Below, piece by piece: positions 63,318 through 64,000 of a DNA stretch of 64,000 nucleotides. The first letter of the stretch is position 1, and every line of letters begins with the position of its first letter. The position numbers and the translations under genes are program-made. Under the pieces are notes generated by a model, which did no database searches, was not told the DNA's origin, and was given only the letters and a program-made list of their open reading frames with translations. This DNA is from Leptospira sp. (GTDB taxonomy: Bacteria > Spirochaetota > Leptospiria > Leptospirales > Leptospiraceae): NCBI GenBank assembly GCA_034439575.1, contig JAWXAQ010000016.1, positions 299,500 to 363,499 of the forward strand, read 5' to 3'.

Positions 63318-64000
63318 TTGATCCAATGGCGGCACATATGCTATTTTATAGTAGCATTTGTGTTTGCTTTTTCGTTTAACCATTTTTTCCAGCAAATCCA
63401 AAACAAAAAAAGAATCCAAATTAAGAATCTACACTCTAACATCGAGTATAGATTTCCCGAAGACAAAATCTGGAAAAAATACGATATCAACAGATATACC
63501 TATACTGAACCCCAGCAAACACGAATGTTGATTAGAATTCAAATGCCTGCCTTTGAAAAGGGAGACAATTGTTTGTTTATTGATACGATTGATATTGCCG
63601 GAAGATTTTTTTTTGAAGGAAGACAGATTTATCAACATGGGAATTGGACAGAAGACAATCATGTGAAAGGTTTTCCTAATTTTTATACGCACCTTATACT
63701 TTTGCCCCCAGAAGTGAGTGGTAAGATGATTGATGCTGAGATATATGCGGATTGGAAATCCATAGGCCTTTATAATGAAGTGAGCTTGGGAAATTTTAAT
63801 GATTTAAACGAAAGGGTATTATTCGCACAAATTCCAAACTTTGCTTTTTCTTTTTTTTATGCCATCGCAGGTATTTCTGCAATTCTCATGTATTTTGCTT
63901 CTAAAGATCGCATGTTGATTTTTTTTGGATTGAGTTCTGTTTCTTTATCCATTGTTTGTTTGGCGGAAAGTGACATTAACCTAACAGACTATATCTGGGA
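63318..64000 (+). CDS. Partial membrane sensor protein (extracellular domain followed by a TM region, 7TM-DISM-like)
   Basis: Not in ORF track. Manual translation from TTG 63318: MIQWRHICYFIVAFVFAFSFNH..., open to the window end, with TM helices at the end (FAFSFFYAIAGISAILMYF, MLIFFGLSSVSLSIVCLAE). Confidence 0.7.
   Translation, partial: MIQWRHICYFIVAFVFAFSFNHFFQQIQNKKRIQIKNLHSNIEYRFPEDKIWKKYDINRYTYTEPQQTRMLIRIQMPAFEKGDNCLFIDTIDIAGRFFFEGRQIYQHGNWTEDNHVKGFPNFYTHLILLPPEVSGKMIDAEIYADWKSIGLYNEVSLGNFNDLNERVLFAQIPNFAFSFFYAIAGISAILMYFASKDRMLIFFGLSSVSLSIVCLAESDINLTDYIW

Noticed and set aside
63429-63692. 87-aa minus-strand ORF
   Set aside because: Shadow of the longer + strand membrane-protein frame starting at 63318.
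1-64000. CRISPR arrays, tRNAs, IS elements, reverse transcriptase/DGR repeats, known riboswitches
   Set aside because: None recognised by eye. Intergenic gaps are short and no transposase, integrase or RT ORF is present. A covariance-model scan would be needed to exclude small RNAs fully.

Overview
AT-rich, gene-dense bacterial chromosome segment, almost certainly Leptospira. The assignment rests on spirochaetal lipoprotein signals, DUF1564-like, Lsa36-like and LipL45/FecR-like proteins, and the ahcY-fdx-metH-pfk-argB gene order, which from memory resembles the small chromosome (unverified). About 55 CDSs are present. They include a membrane glycosyltransferase cluster, queA, aconitase, a large NHL/LamG surface lipoprotein, a secreted papain-family protease, a response regulator-yqjDEK-like operon, the EF-P modification set (efp, epmB, epmA), a DEAD-box helicase, msrB, mtnB, CorA, an M61 peptidase, two MCPs, a SahR-like regulator with its palindromic operator upstream of ahcY-ferredoxin-metH, pfkA, a GAF-PP2C phosphatase, argB and a nitrilase. 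I saw no rRNA, tRNA, CRISPR array, integrase or transposase. The most unusual element is unannotated, at about 41095-41322: a TTGACA promoter, a 15-nt stretch able to pair with the 16S rRNA 3' end, an 18-codon ORF, and a structured trailer ending in anti-SD sequences. Second is a nucleotidyltransferase-fold protein in which two of the three catalytic Asp positions appear to be Asn. All family assignments come from motif recognition by eye; no database searches were run.
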